This document shows, piece after piece, positions 1 to 8,837 of a DNA stretch of 64,000 nucleotides. Both the position numbers and the translations under genes were made by a program. This DNA is from Clostridiaceae bacterium (GTDB lineage Bacteria; Bacillota; Clostridia; Acetivibrionales; DTU013), in NCBI GenBank assembly GCA_012519745.1, contig JAAYPO010000011.1:21541-85540 (forward strand). Direction: 5' to 3'. Numbering within the stretch: the first letter of the stretch is position 1; each line of letters begins with the position of its first letter. Under the pieces are notes generated by a model. The model worked only from the letters and a program-made list of their open reading frames with translations. It was not told the DNA's origin and did not search any database.

Positions 1-1272
1 AAGCTACGATATGATAAGGCCGGAGAAACCTTGTACGGCTATGAGCACAGCAGCGGACTCAAGGCCTTTGTTATTCCAAGAAAGGGCTACTCCAAGAGGT
101 ATGCCGCATTTGCGGCCCACTACGGATCAATAGACAACGAGTTCATTATACCGGGTGATGATAAGACAACAAAGGTCCCTGACGGTATTGCACATTTTCT
201 GGAGCATAAGCTTTTTGAGCAGGAGGACGGCAGCGTCATGAACAAATTTTCTGCGCTGGGCTCAAGTCCCAATGCATATACAAGCTTTAATCAGACTGTA
301 TATCTGTTTTCATGTACCGACAGATTTACTGAAAATCTGGATCTGCTTCTCAACTATGTCCAGAGCCCATATATCACCGAGGATAGCGTAGAAAAGGAGA
401 AGGGCATCATCGGACAGGAGATAATGATGTATCAGGACAATCCTGGATACAGATCATTCTATAACCTTCTTGCTGCGCTGTACGAAAAAAATCCTGTGAG
501 AATAGATATAGCAGGTACGATAGACAGCATCAGCCGCATAGACAAGGACACCTTGTACAAGTGCTATAATACATTTTATCACCCTTCAAACATGGCAGTG
601 CTGGTGGTGGGTGATGTGGAACCGGAGGGTGTCTTTGAAAGAGTGGAGGCTTCAATAAGGCAAAATGATCCAAGACCAGAGATAGAAAGGATATATCCTG
701 ACGAGCCGGCAGGTGTCAGGACTGATTATACCGAGCAGAAGCTTGCAATATCGATGCCGATGTTTCAGATGGGCTACAAGGATGGCTTCAATGGAAGGGA
801 TGGTTTGGATCTGATCATGTACGAGACCGCAGTCAAGGTGCTGTTGGAGCTGATAGCCGGGAGAAGCTCGGATCTGTACGAGAGTCTCTACAACGAGGGA
901 TTGATAAATTCTTCCTTTGATACGGATTTCATGATCCAAAAGAGCTATGCTTTTTCGATCCTTGGCGGTGAATCCCCCGACCCGGTGAAGGTGCGGGACA
1001 GATTCTGCTGGAAAGTGGAGGAAATAAAAAGAAAAGGACTTGATCAAGGGGCATACGACAGGCTTATCAGATCGATGTACGGCAGATTTATGAGGCAGTT
1101 CAACTCAGTGGAAAGAATATCCCGCGGGTTTATTTCCGATTATTTTAAAGGAGTCAACATGTTTGACTATTTGCATGTTTATGATAAAATATCATTTAAA
1201 TATGTCAGCGAAATATTGAATAAGCATTTCAACCAGGTGAACCTTGCTATGTCAGTGATCAAGCCTGTTTGA
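1..1272 (+). CDS. M16 (insulinase) family zinc peptidase, YmfH/YfmH-like; 5' end outside the window
   Basis: The frame is open from base 1 with no in-frame stop before the listed ORF at 31. The inverted zinc motif HxxEH is present as HFLEHKLF. Size and composition are typical of Firmicute M16 peptidases. Confidence 0.8.
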   Translation, partial: KLRYDKAGETLYGYEHSSGLKAFVIPRKGYSKRYAAFAAHYGSIDNEFIIPGDDKTTKVPDGIAHFLEHKLFEQEDGSVMNKFSALGSSPNAYTSFNQTVYLFSCTDRFTENLDLLLNYVQSPYITEDSVEKEKGIIGQEIMMYQDNPGYRSFYNLLAALYEKNPVRIDIAGTIDSISRIDKDTLYKCYNTFYHPSNMAVLVVGDVEPEGVFERVEASIRQNDPRPEIERIYPDEPAGVRTDYTEQKLAISMPMFQMGYKDGFNGRDGLDLIMYETAVKVLLELIAGRSSDLYESLYNEGLINSSFDTDFMIQKSYAFSILGGESPDPVKVRDRFCWKVEEIKRKGLDQGAYDRLIRSMYGRFMRQFNSVERISRGFISDYFKGVNMFDYLHVYDKISFKYVSEILNKHFNQVNLAMSVIKPV

Positions 1273-2321
1273 ACAATGCCGGCTATGTGAGGGGGCGTTG
1301 GGATTTGAACAATGTCAGTTTTCCAGGACTGGGGCTGGAATTTGAATTAAGAAGATATGCTTTTACGGTTTTCAATTTAGAGATATATTGGTATGGGATC
1401 ATAATCGCCTTTGCCTTTCTTCTTGCAGTGCTGCTGGCGGTAAGAAGCTGCAAAAAATACGACCTTGTGCCGGACAATATACTTGATCTGGTGCTCTTTG
1501 CGGCTCCGACAGCCATTGTATTTGCAAGACTTTTTTATGTTGCTTTCAGCTGGGACCAGTACAAGTACGACCCTTTGGACATCATAAGGATCAGGGACGG
1601 AGGGCTTGCCATCTATGGAGGCGTGATAGGAGCCTTGCTGGTGGCATGGTTATACGCCAAAAAGAAAAAGATTGCCTTCCTGCACCTGGTGGATTTTGGG
1701 ATACCCTATCTGGTCCTTGGTCAGGGTATCGGCCGCTGGGGCAATTTTGTGAACCAGGAGGCCTTCGGAGTGGTCACGGAGCTGCCATGGAGAATGAACG
1801 GGACCATCATCAATGACTATATATTGAGCAGTATGCCGGCGGCAGATCTTTCGAAATTGGGGGTTCATCCGACCTTTTTATATGAATCGTTATGGGATAT
1901 AGCTATATTTCTTTTTCTTGCAAATTACAGGAAAAAGAAAAAGGTGGAGGGGGAGGTCCTTTTCCTGTATCTGATGCTTTACGGCATAGGCAGAGCCTTC
2001 ATTGAAGGCTTGAGAACAGACAGCCTGTACCTTGGCAGCTTCAGAGTATCACAGCTGTTGTCGGTGGTGCTGCTGCTGATCGGTCTCCTGATTTTCATAT
2101 ATAGAAGGGTGAAGAGTAAAGCAGCTGAGGATGCGGAGCCTGTAGCTCTTGGACAGAGCCGGTATGGATCGCTTCTGATGAAGATGAAGGAAGAAGAAGC
2201 AGCAGAGAGCGAGGCAGAGGCAGGTACGGAGGAAATCGAGGCGGAAGCGGAGGACGGTGTCGATGAAACCGAGGCGGAAGCGGATGATGCAGTAAAGACA
2301 GAAACCAAGAAGGAGATATAA
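1269..2321 (+). CDS. lgt: Prolipoprotein diacylglyceryl transferase with an unusual ~60-aa acidic E/A-rich C-terminal tail
   Basis: Multi-TM protein carrying the Lgt signature region GQGIGRWGNFVNQEAFG. TTG start at 1269 overlaps the upstream stop. Confidence 0.88.
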   Translation: MNNAGYVRGRWDLNNVSFPGLGLEFELRRYAFTVFNLEIYWYGIIIAFAFLLAVLLAVRSCKKYDLVPDNILDLVLFAAPTAIVFARLFYVAFSWDQYKYDPLDIIRIRDGGLAIYGGVIGALLVAWLYAKKKKIAFLHLVDFGIPYLVLGQGIGRWGNFVNQEAFGVVTELPWRMNGTIINDYILSSMPAADLSKLGVHPTFLYESLWDIAIFLFLANYRKKKKVEGEVLFLYLMLYGIGRAFIEGLRTDSLYLGSFRVSQLLSVVLLLIGLLIFIYRRVKSKAAEDAEPVALGQSRYGSLLMKMKEEEAAESEAEAGTEEIEAEAEDGVDETEAEADDAVKTETKKEI

Positions 2322-2322
2322 G

Positions 2323-2487
2323 TTGGAGGAGAATAAGCTTTTAGAAGAAATCGAAGCTCTGAAGAATGATTTGGACAGGCTCATATCCATTGAAGCGGGT
2401 TTTGATGAGATATACAGCCTCAGTGAAAAGCTGGACAGCCGGATAGTCAGTTTATATAAACTAAAATCAGCCGGATATATTATTTGA
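2323..2487 (+). CDS. Spo0E-like small sporulation regulatory phosphatase (54 aa); below the ORF-track size cutoff
   Basis: TTG start 6 nt after AAGGAGAT. Translation is LEENKLLEEIEALKNDLDRLISIEAGFDEIYSLSEKLDSRIVSLYKLKSAGYII. The two-helix layout and the S-x-x-L-D motif (SEKLD) resemble the Spo0E SQELD box. Confidence 0.45.
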   Translation: MEENKLLEEIEALKNDLDRLISIEAGFDEIYSLSEKLDSRIVSLYKLKSAGYII

Positions 2488-2545
2488 GATCAGAAGAAGC
2501 GCTGTTTTCCATAAACAGCTTTAACTGGCAGCCAGGGTGGATTAA

Positions 2546-3724
2546 ATGTATTATGTAGAAAAAACAAAAGCTATCAACTATTTCAAACAGTTCGATTATC
2601 CGCTTTTTGCGGCTGTCCTTTTGTTGTCGGCATACGGCATCATAGCTTTGAGAAGCGCCCTGGGCAATCCGGGCAATGCGGATACTATTATCGCAGGGGT
2701 TTCAAATGTCTGGCTCAAGCAGGTCATCTGCCTCGGGATAGGCATAATTGCGGCAATCGTCATCAGCGCCATCGACTACAAGGATTTCAGAACACTTGGC
2801 ATTGTCTTGTATTTGGGCAGCATTGCACTGCTTGTCCTGGTACTGATCATCGGCAAGGAGAGACATGGGACAATGGGCTGGATCGAAGTACCGTTTATCG
2901 GGAGCTTTCAGCCCTCCGAGCTGTCGAAGGTCGCGTATGTGGTCATCGTGCCTCTTTTTTTTGAAAGACTGAAGGAGGGAAAGCATACCGCAAAAAACAC
3001 AGTGAAGCTGATCATTTATGCTCTGCTTCCTATTGTACTGGTTTTGCTCCAGCCGGATGTCGGGACGGCAATGGTTTTCGTAGCCGCATTTGTAGTGCTG
3101 CTTTTCATATATGGGATACCCTACAGATATTTTCTTGCAGCAATTGGTCTTTTCGCAGCAGCAGCACCTGTTATATGGCTTTATGTCCTGCCGATGAAAC
3201 GTTTTGACCACATCCGAAGCAGGATATTGACTTTCATTTTCCCTGAAAATGATCTACTGGGAACCGGACTTCAGGTATACCGCTCCAAAGCGACGATAGG
3301 CTCAGGTCAGATCTATGGCAAGGGTATCTTCCACGGACTGCAGGAAGGCGTCACATCAAGCATATTCAGGGTACCTGAAAATGAAACGGATTTCATTTTT
3401 TCGGTCATCGGTGAAGAAATGGGATTCATCGGCTCGGTCATATTTGTGCTGATCGTATTCTTCCTGTTGTTTCGGATCATACAAATATCGCTAAGCGCAA
3501 GGGATCCTTACGGTTCATATATGGCTGTATGTGTGGCTGCGATGCTTGGATTCCATTTTATAGAAAACATTGGCATGTGTATCGGTGTAATGCCTGTCAC
3601 AGGCATACCGCTTCCCTTTGTAAGCCAGGGCAACAGCTCGCTGATAGCCAATTATCTCAATATAGGCATCGTCCTGAGTGTGTCCATGCGGCGAAAGAAA
3701 ACCATATTTAACAGTTCACAATAG
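2546..3724 (+). CDS. SEDS family peptidoglycan glycosyltransferase (FtsW/RodA/SpoVE family), RodA-like
   Basis: 392-aa polytopic membrane protein with conserved SEDS blocks (QPSELSKV, PDVGTA, FIFSVIGEEMGFIG, GIPLPFVSQGNSS). Confidence 0.85.
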   Translation: MYYVEKTKAINYFKQFDYPLFAAVLLLSAYGIIALRSALGNPGNADTIIAGVSNVWLKQVICLGIGIIAAIVISAIDYKDFRTLGIVLYLGSIALLVLVLIIGKERHGTMGWIEVPFIGSFQPSELSKVAYVVIVPLFFERLKEGKHTAKNTVKLIIYALLPIVLVLLQPDVGTAMVFVAAFVVLLFIYGIPYRYFLAAIGLFAAAAPVIWLYVLPMKRFDHIRSRILTFIFPENDLLGTGLQVYRSKATIGSGQIYGKGIFHGLQEGVTSSIFRVPENETDFIFSVIGEEMGFIGSVIFVLIVFFLLFRIIQISLSARDPYGSYMAVCVAAMLGFHFIENIGMCIGVMPVTGIPLPFVSQGNSSLIANYLNIGIVLSVSMRRKKTIFNSSQ

Positions 3725-3744
3725 AAAAGGAATCGAGTGTACGG

Positions 3745-3771
3745 CGGCTCCCCAGCAGGAGCCGTTTTTTT
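3745..3771 (+). terminator. Rho-independent terminator after the SEDS gene
   Basis: CGGCTCC / GGAGCCG 7-bp stem, 6-nt loop, followed by a T7 run. Confidence 0.75.
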
Positions 3772-4072
3772 GTGTGCGCGGCATGCGCGCGACCTTGAAG
3801 GTGAAGCAGCATTGATATCAGCGTTATAGCACGGTGTACAAAATTTCAACTTTCTGGGAAATAATTGAATGGAGATTGAGATATAGCATGTGTTAAGTCA
3901 TAAAATTAAGGTATATTTATCATCATACCTGCAAAACTGGGAAATTTGAGCCCAGAAACTGAAAATTTGTCCACCTTCCTGGATACAAGATTAAAACTGG
4001 GAGTCGCAATATGATTTTGCAGCTTATCTACTAGGGGTTTTTGCCTATCTTAAAAAATATTCCAATTATGAC

Positions 4073-4099
4073 TTGATTATTCATCAAATTTGATATAAA
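4073..4099 (+). promoter_or_regulatory. Candidate sigma-A promoter of the dcw operon
   Basis: TTGATT at 4073-4078 and TGaTATAAA (extended -10) at 4091-4099. The 15-nt spacer is short. It lies immediately upstream of the MraZ-box repeats. Confidence 0.4.
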
Positions 4100-4104
4100 A
4101 TAAG

Positions 4105-4147
4105 AGTGAAGTGGGGCAAAGTGGGACGAAGTGGACCAAAAAGTGCT
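4105..4147 (+). promoter_or_regulatory. MraZ operator-like array: 3-4 direct repeats of (A/G)AAGTGG at 10-bp phasing
   Basis: GAAGTGGGGC AAAGTGGGAC GAAGTGGACC AAAAAGTGCT sits directly upstream of the mraZ RBS. Confidence 0.6.
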
Positions 4148-4165
4148 CAATAAGAGGTGAATTGA

Positions 4166-4597
4166 TTGTTCTATGGTGAATTTCAACACACTGTAGACCC
4201 GAAGGGAAGGATAATCATTCCTGCGGCCTTCAGGGACGAGTTGAAATCGAAATTCATGGTAACAAAAGGGCTGGAAGGATGTCTTTTTATTTTCTCCATG
4301 CCAAAATGGGACAGTCTGGTGGAAAAGATCGAAACATTGCCTCTTTCAAACAACAAAGCTCGTGAATTCAGCAGGTTTTTCTTCTCAAGCGCGGCTCAGT
4401 GTGAGCTGGACAAGCATTCAAGGATACTGGTGCCCCAGGACCTCAGGAGCCATGCAGGACTTGAGAAGGATATCAGCATTGTAGGTGTGGGCAACAGAGT
4501 TGAAGTATGGAACAAGGATAGGTGGAAAGAATACATGGATGGTGAAAGCCTGAGTCCTGAAAGCCTGTCTGACACATTTGCACTGCTTGGCATCTAG
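4166..4597 (+). CDS. mraZ: Transcriptional regulator MraZ
   Basis: 143 aa with an N-terminus [23 protein letters not shown] and a second half with the duplicated SpoVT/AbrB-like fold ([10 protein letters not shown]). It is the first gene of the dcw cluster. Confidence 0.92.
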   Translation: MFYGEFQHTVDPKGRIIIPAAFRDELKSKFMVTKGLEGCLFIFSMPKWDSLVEKIETLPLSNNKAREFSRFFFSSAAQCELDKHSRILVPQDLRSHAGLEKDISIVGVGNRVEVWNKDRWKEYMDGESLSPESLSDTFALLGI

Positions 4598-4625
4598 GAC
4601 TAAACCACTGCCGGAGGAGAAACCA

Positions 4626-5582
4626 ATGGAATTCGAGCACAAGCCGGTTTTACTGCATGAATGTATCGACAGCCTGAACATAGACAAGAATGGGACATAT
4701 ATAGACGGGACACTGGGGGGTGCAGGCCACTCCTCCGAGATCATCAAAAGACTGGACAAGGGTACTCTCATAGGCATCGACCAGGATCAGACAGCAATAG
4801 AGACAGCAGGTGAGAGACTTGGCCGGCTGAGGCGGGATGCAGGACTTATACTCATAAAAGGTAATTTCCGCGACATAGGGACGCTTGCTGCCGGGCATGG
4901 TATCCGGACTGTAGATGGGATCCTGCTGGATATCGGAGTTTCGTCCTATCAGCTGGATGAGGCGGAACGGGGCTTCAGCTACCAACAGGATGCTCCGCTG
5001 GATATGAGGATGGACAGGAGCCGCAGCCTTGATGCCGCAGAGATCGTCAATACATATGACGAGAAGGCGATAAGGAAAATAATCAGTGATTATGGTGAGG
5101 AAAACTGGGCGGCAAGGATCGCGGCATTTATAGCCAAAGCAAGAAGGGAAAAAAGGATCGAGACGACGGGACAGCTGGTGGATATCATCAAAGCGGCAAT
5201 ACCGGCGCCGGCAAGACGTGAAGGACCACATCCGGCAAAAAGGACCTTTCAGGCATTGAGGATCGCAGTAAATGATGAACTGGCTGCCCTTGAGGAAGCC
5301 ATAGAGGGTGCGGTGAGGCTGCTGAAGCCGGGAGGAAGACTGAGCATAATAACCTTTCATTCTCTTGAGGACAGAATAGTAAAGAATGAATTCCAAAGAC
5401 GAGAAAAGCCTTGTACATGTCCGCCGTCATTCCCGGTGTGTGTGTGCGGAAGAAAGCCGGAACTGAAGGTATTGACCAGAAAACCAATACTTCCGTCAGA
5501 GAAGGAAGTGGATGAAAATCCCCGCTCCAGAAGCGCAAAGCTAAGGACAGCGATGAAACTGCATCCGGACTCTGACAAATAA
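4626..5582 (+). CDS. rsmH: 16S rRNA (cytosine1402-N4)-methyltransferase
   Basis: [11 protein letters not shown]...[10 protein letters not shown]...[14 protein letters not shown] motifs. ATG at 4626 is preceded by GGAGGAG; the ORF-track start at 4578 is probably too early. Confidence 0.92.
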   Translation: MEFEHKPVLLHECIDSLNIDKNGTYIDGTLGGAGHSSEIIKRLDKGTLIGIDQDQTAIETAGERLGRLRRDAGLILIKGNFRDIGTLAAGHGIRTVDGILLDIGVSSYQLDEAERGFSYQQDAPLDMRMDRSRSLDAAEIVNTYDEKAIRKIISDYGEENWAARIAAFIAKARREKRIETTGQLVDIIKAAIPAPARREGPHPAKRTFQALRIAVNDELAALEEAIEGAVRLLKPGGRLSIITFHSLEDRIVKNEFQRREKPCTCPPSFPVCVCGRKPELKVLTRKPILPSEKEVDENPRSRSAKLRTAMKLHPDSDK

Positions 5583-5982
5583 ATCTGATACTAAAGATTA
5601 AGTATATATATAAACATTGGATAAGCAACGAAGCTACATAGGACAAGCATTTAAGGTACTCGAGACAAGATGCGGAACCGATGTGCTGAGCATCAGATAC
5701 GCAGCAATATACTAAAGACAAAATTTCAGCAGGCATTTGTGAGCATGCATCGATGACGCGGAGGATGCGTCTGCAGGGATAGACAAGAAAAAGAAAACCA
5801 ACGAAAAGAAAGGTAATGAAAAACACAAAAGATGACCCATTACAAAAATGGATGATTTACCAAGGATGAAAGGCACCAAAACACTAATGAAAAACTAAAA
5901 GCATACAAAGGAAGAAAGCGCCGATACACAAAAGAACACTGAACCTGGAGCATGGCATAAATCACTTATGGGGTGAATAGAA

Positions 5983-6471
5983 TTGATACAGAAGGATTAT
6001 GAATATGTACACGGTTCAGCAGCCAAGCAGCTTGAATACGATGTATATGAAGAGAATAAGGTTCTAAAGGAAAAGAAGCGCTATAAGAGCAACCGCAAGA
6101 CAAAGCTCAGAATGGTGGTGGCAATAGTTGTTGTTTTGGCTGCAGGGCTTGCAGTTATGTACAGATATGCTATGATAACAAAGCTGAGCTATGATCTGAA
6201 CAGGCTGGAAAGAGATTATGAAAAAATTAGAAACGAGAATTCATTATTAAAAGTACAGATAGAGACAAAAACAGATCTGAATGAAATAAAGGAAGCTGCG
6301 GAAAAAAGGCTTGGTATGCAAATGCCGGACAAAAGCCAGATCATATATATCAAGGTGCCGAGAAACGATTATACTGTTGTTATGACTCATAAAACTCAGA
6401 CAGGAAATGACGAGAGCCTGGCAGGAGCCTTGGTCGATAAGGCAGCCGGACTGGTAAAGCTTTTTGAGTAA
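5983..6471 (+). CDS. ftsL: FtsL-like cell-division protein (single TM plus coiled coil)
   Basis: Positioned between rsmH and the class B PBP. One TM segment (MVVAIVVVLAAGLAVMY) is followed by a leucine-rich coiled coil. TTG start with GGGGTGA RBS. Confidence 0.7.
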   Translation: MIQKDYEYVHGSAAKQLEYDVYEENKVLKEKKRYKSNRKTKLRMVVAIVVVLAAGLAVMYRYAMITKLSYDLNRLERDYEKIRNENSLLKVQIETKTDLNEIKEAAEKRLGMQMPDKSQIIYIKVPRNDYTVVMTHKTQTGNDESLAGALVDKAAGLVKLFE

Positions 6472-6604
6472 GGGTCGGAGCGCTGCAGTATATCGGGATC
6501 AGGCATTCAAAGGAATACATAGACTGTGGATAGTGTAAAATGTTATTTTTGCACGGTCTATAGTCTTTTTTGTTGCACGATATTGTTTCCTAGGGGGGAT
6601 ATTT

Positions 6605-8809
6605 TTGGCGGCACCAGGACTTGCCCAAAAAAGACGACTGATGATAATGCTGTGTACCTTTGCTCTGATCGTTGCCGCACTGATCGCAAGGCTGGCATAC
6701 ATACAGTTCGTCCAGGGAAGCGAACTGCAGAAAAAGGCCTTCGTCCAGCAGAATTCCGGGAGGATAATCAGTCCCATCAGGGGAACGATCTATGACAGAA
6801 ACGGGAAAAAGCTTGCAATCAGCGTCCAGGCCGGTACTATAAGCTGCAACCCAAATGAAGTGGCAAACAATAAAAAGCTCACTGTGGATGAGGTCGCCGA
6901 CGCATTGGCAGATATGCTCTCTCTGGAAAGAGATGATGTGTACAGGCTTATAACTAAAAAAGCCAACAGTGCCATAATAAAGCGCAAGATCGATAAAGAG
7001 ACAGAAACCAGGATCAGGACCTGGATGTCCGAAAACAGCGTCAAGGGCATCAATATAGATGAGGATGCCAAAAGGTATTATCCTAACGGCAACCTGATGT
7101 CCCACCTGCTGGGATTCACAGGGGATGACAATCAAGGACTCATGGGCGGTGTTGAGGAGGTAATGGATAAATATCTGAAGGGCACCCCCGGCAAGATACT
7201 CAGCGAGGTGGACGCAAGAGGCGGTGCTGTCCCCTCTGACTCCGAGAAAAGGATAGATGCACAGGACGGACTGAATGTGGTACTGACCATCGATGAAACG
7301 ATCCAGTACCTGGTGTCCAAATCGCTGGACAAGGCGGTGGAGGACAACAAGGTAAAGGGAGGAGCCATAGGTATTGTGATGGATCCTAATACGGGGGATA
7401 TCCTGTCCATGGTTTCAAAGCCCGATTACGACCTGAACACCCCTTTTGCATTCCCGGCAAATATACAGGTCGAAGGGCTTGATCCGTCGGAGTGGGTGGA
7501 AAGGTCCAATGAATCGGTGAATATACTCAGCAGGACGGTTTGGAGGAACAGAGCCATAACAGATACATATGAGCCCGGTTCTACCTTTAAAAGCATAACA
7601 ACTGCCGCGGGCATTGAAGAGGGAGTAGTAACTCCGGATACCATCACAGACGATCTTCCCATAAAGGTAACAGGGTGGCCAAAGCCTATAAACTGCTGGC
7701 GTGTCGGAAGACCCCACGGTACGGAGACCTTCAGGGAAGCAGTTTACAATTCATGTAACCCTGCCTTTGTCAAGGTGGCGCAGAGCCTTGGGATCGAGCG
7801 CTTTTACAGCTATGTCAAGGCCTTTGGCTTCATGGAGAGGACGGGAATAGAATTGAAGGGTGAAGCAAAACCCCAGTTCCAGCCGAAGCTCAAGGAGATA
7901 GATATGGCTGTTGCTTCATTCGGACAGAGATTCACAATAACACCTCTTCAGCTTGCAACTGCGTATACTGCTCTGGTCAACGGAGGAAGGCTGATGAAGC
8001 CGCGCCTGATAAAAGAATTGACCGATTCAGAGGGAAATGTCGTTGAAAAATTCGAGCCTCAGGTGGTAAGAACGGTAATATCCGAGCAGACATCAAAGAC
8101 TGTCAGGGATATACTCGAAGGGGTCGTCGGCGATTCTAAGGGCACAGGAAATAATGCATTTGTCAGAGGCTACAGAGTCGGTGGGAAAACCGGCACCTCG
8201 GAAACTACAAAAGAGGATGTCTATATAGCATCCTTTTGCGGCTTTGCCCCGGCAAACGACCCTCAGATAGTGGTATTGATAGTCTTGATGGATCCCAGGG
8301 GGGATTCACACATGGGAGGAGTCATCGCAGCGCCTATCGTTGGGAAAATAGCAGAGGATGTACTTAGCTATATGCAGGTGGAAAGGCAGTATACTCAGGA
8401 GGATCTGAAAGCGATGACCGAAGAGGTCTATGTGCCGGATGTCCGTAAAAAGACTGTGGCGGAAGCTGTCAAGGCTCTGAAGGCGGCAGGGTTGAAATAC
8501 AGCATAGAAGGGGAAGGGAATAACGAAAGCACTGTTGTTGAGCAGACACCCAAACCGGATTCGATAGTTCCCGAAGACTCTGTTGTACTGCTTTATACCT
8601 ATAAGCCGGAAAGTGAGCAGACAGTAGAAATGCCTGATCTGTCAGGCAAAACCCTGTCTGAGGCCATAAATACGCTGAACCGGGCAGGTCTGAATATAAA
8701 GATCTCAGGCCACGGAGTAGTTTACAAGCAGCAGTATGTGGCGGGGCAGGATGTCAGGAAGGGAAGTGTCGTTCTGGTAGAATTCAGAAATCTGGATAAT
8801 GTGGAATAG
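6605..8809 (+). CDS. Class B penicillin-binding protein (FtsI/PBP2B/SpoVD family) with two C-terminal PASTA domains
   Basis: Transpeptidase motifs STFK, SCN and KTGT. Two PASTA-like repeats of about 60 aa at the C-terminus. Canonical dcw position. Confidence 0.9.
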   Translation: MAAPGLAQKRRLMIMLCTFALIVAALIARLAYIQFVQGSELQKKAFVQQNSGRIISPIRGTIYDRNGKKLAISVQAGTISCNPNEVANNKKLTVDEVADALADMLSLERDDVYRLITKKANSAIIKRKIDKETETRIRTWMSENSVKGINIDEDAKRYYPNGNLMSHLLGFTGDDNQGLMGGVEEVMDKYLKGTPGKILSEVDARGGAVPSDSEKRIDAQDGLNVVLTIDETIQYLVSKSLDKAVEDNKVKGGAIGIVMDPNTGDILSMVSKPDYDLNTPFAFPANIQVEGLDPSEWVERSNESVNILSRTVWRNRAITDTYEPGSTFKSITTAAGIEEGVVTPDTITDDLPIKVTGWPKPINCWRVGRPHGTETFREAVYNSCNPAFVKVAQSLGIERFYSYVKAFGFMERTGIELKGEAKPQFQPKLKEIDMAVASFGQRFTITPLQLATAYTALVNGGRLMKPRLIKELTDSEGNVVEKFEPQVVRTVISEQTSKTVRDILEGVVGDSKGTGNNAFVRGYRVGGKTGTSETTKEDVYIASFCGFAPANDPQIVVLIVLMDPRGDSHMGGVIAAPIVGKIAEDVLSYMQVERQYTQEDLKAMTEEVYVPDVRKKTVAEAVKALKAAGLKYSIEGEGNNESTVVEQTPKPDSIVPEDSVVLLYTYKPESEQTVEMPDLSGKTLSEAINTLNRAGLNIKISGHGVVYKQQYVAGQDVRKGSVVLVEFRNLDNVE

Positions 8810-8837
8810 TTATCTTATAGCGTAAAGGAGAACTGCC

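Noticed and set aside
4650-5826. Minus-strand ORFs of 248 and 212 aa over rsmH and the following spacer.
   Set aside because: They lie antisense to rsmH. Their composition is Cys/Ser/Leu-rich and non-protein-like, and they have no RBS.
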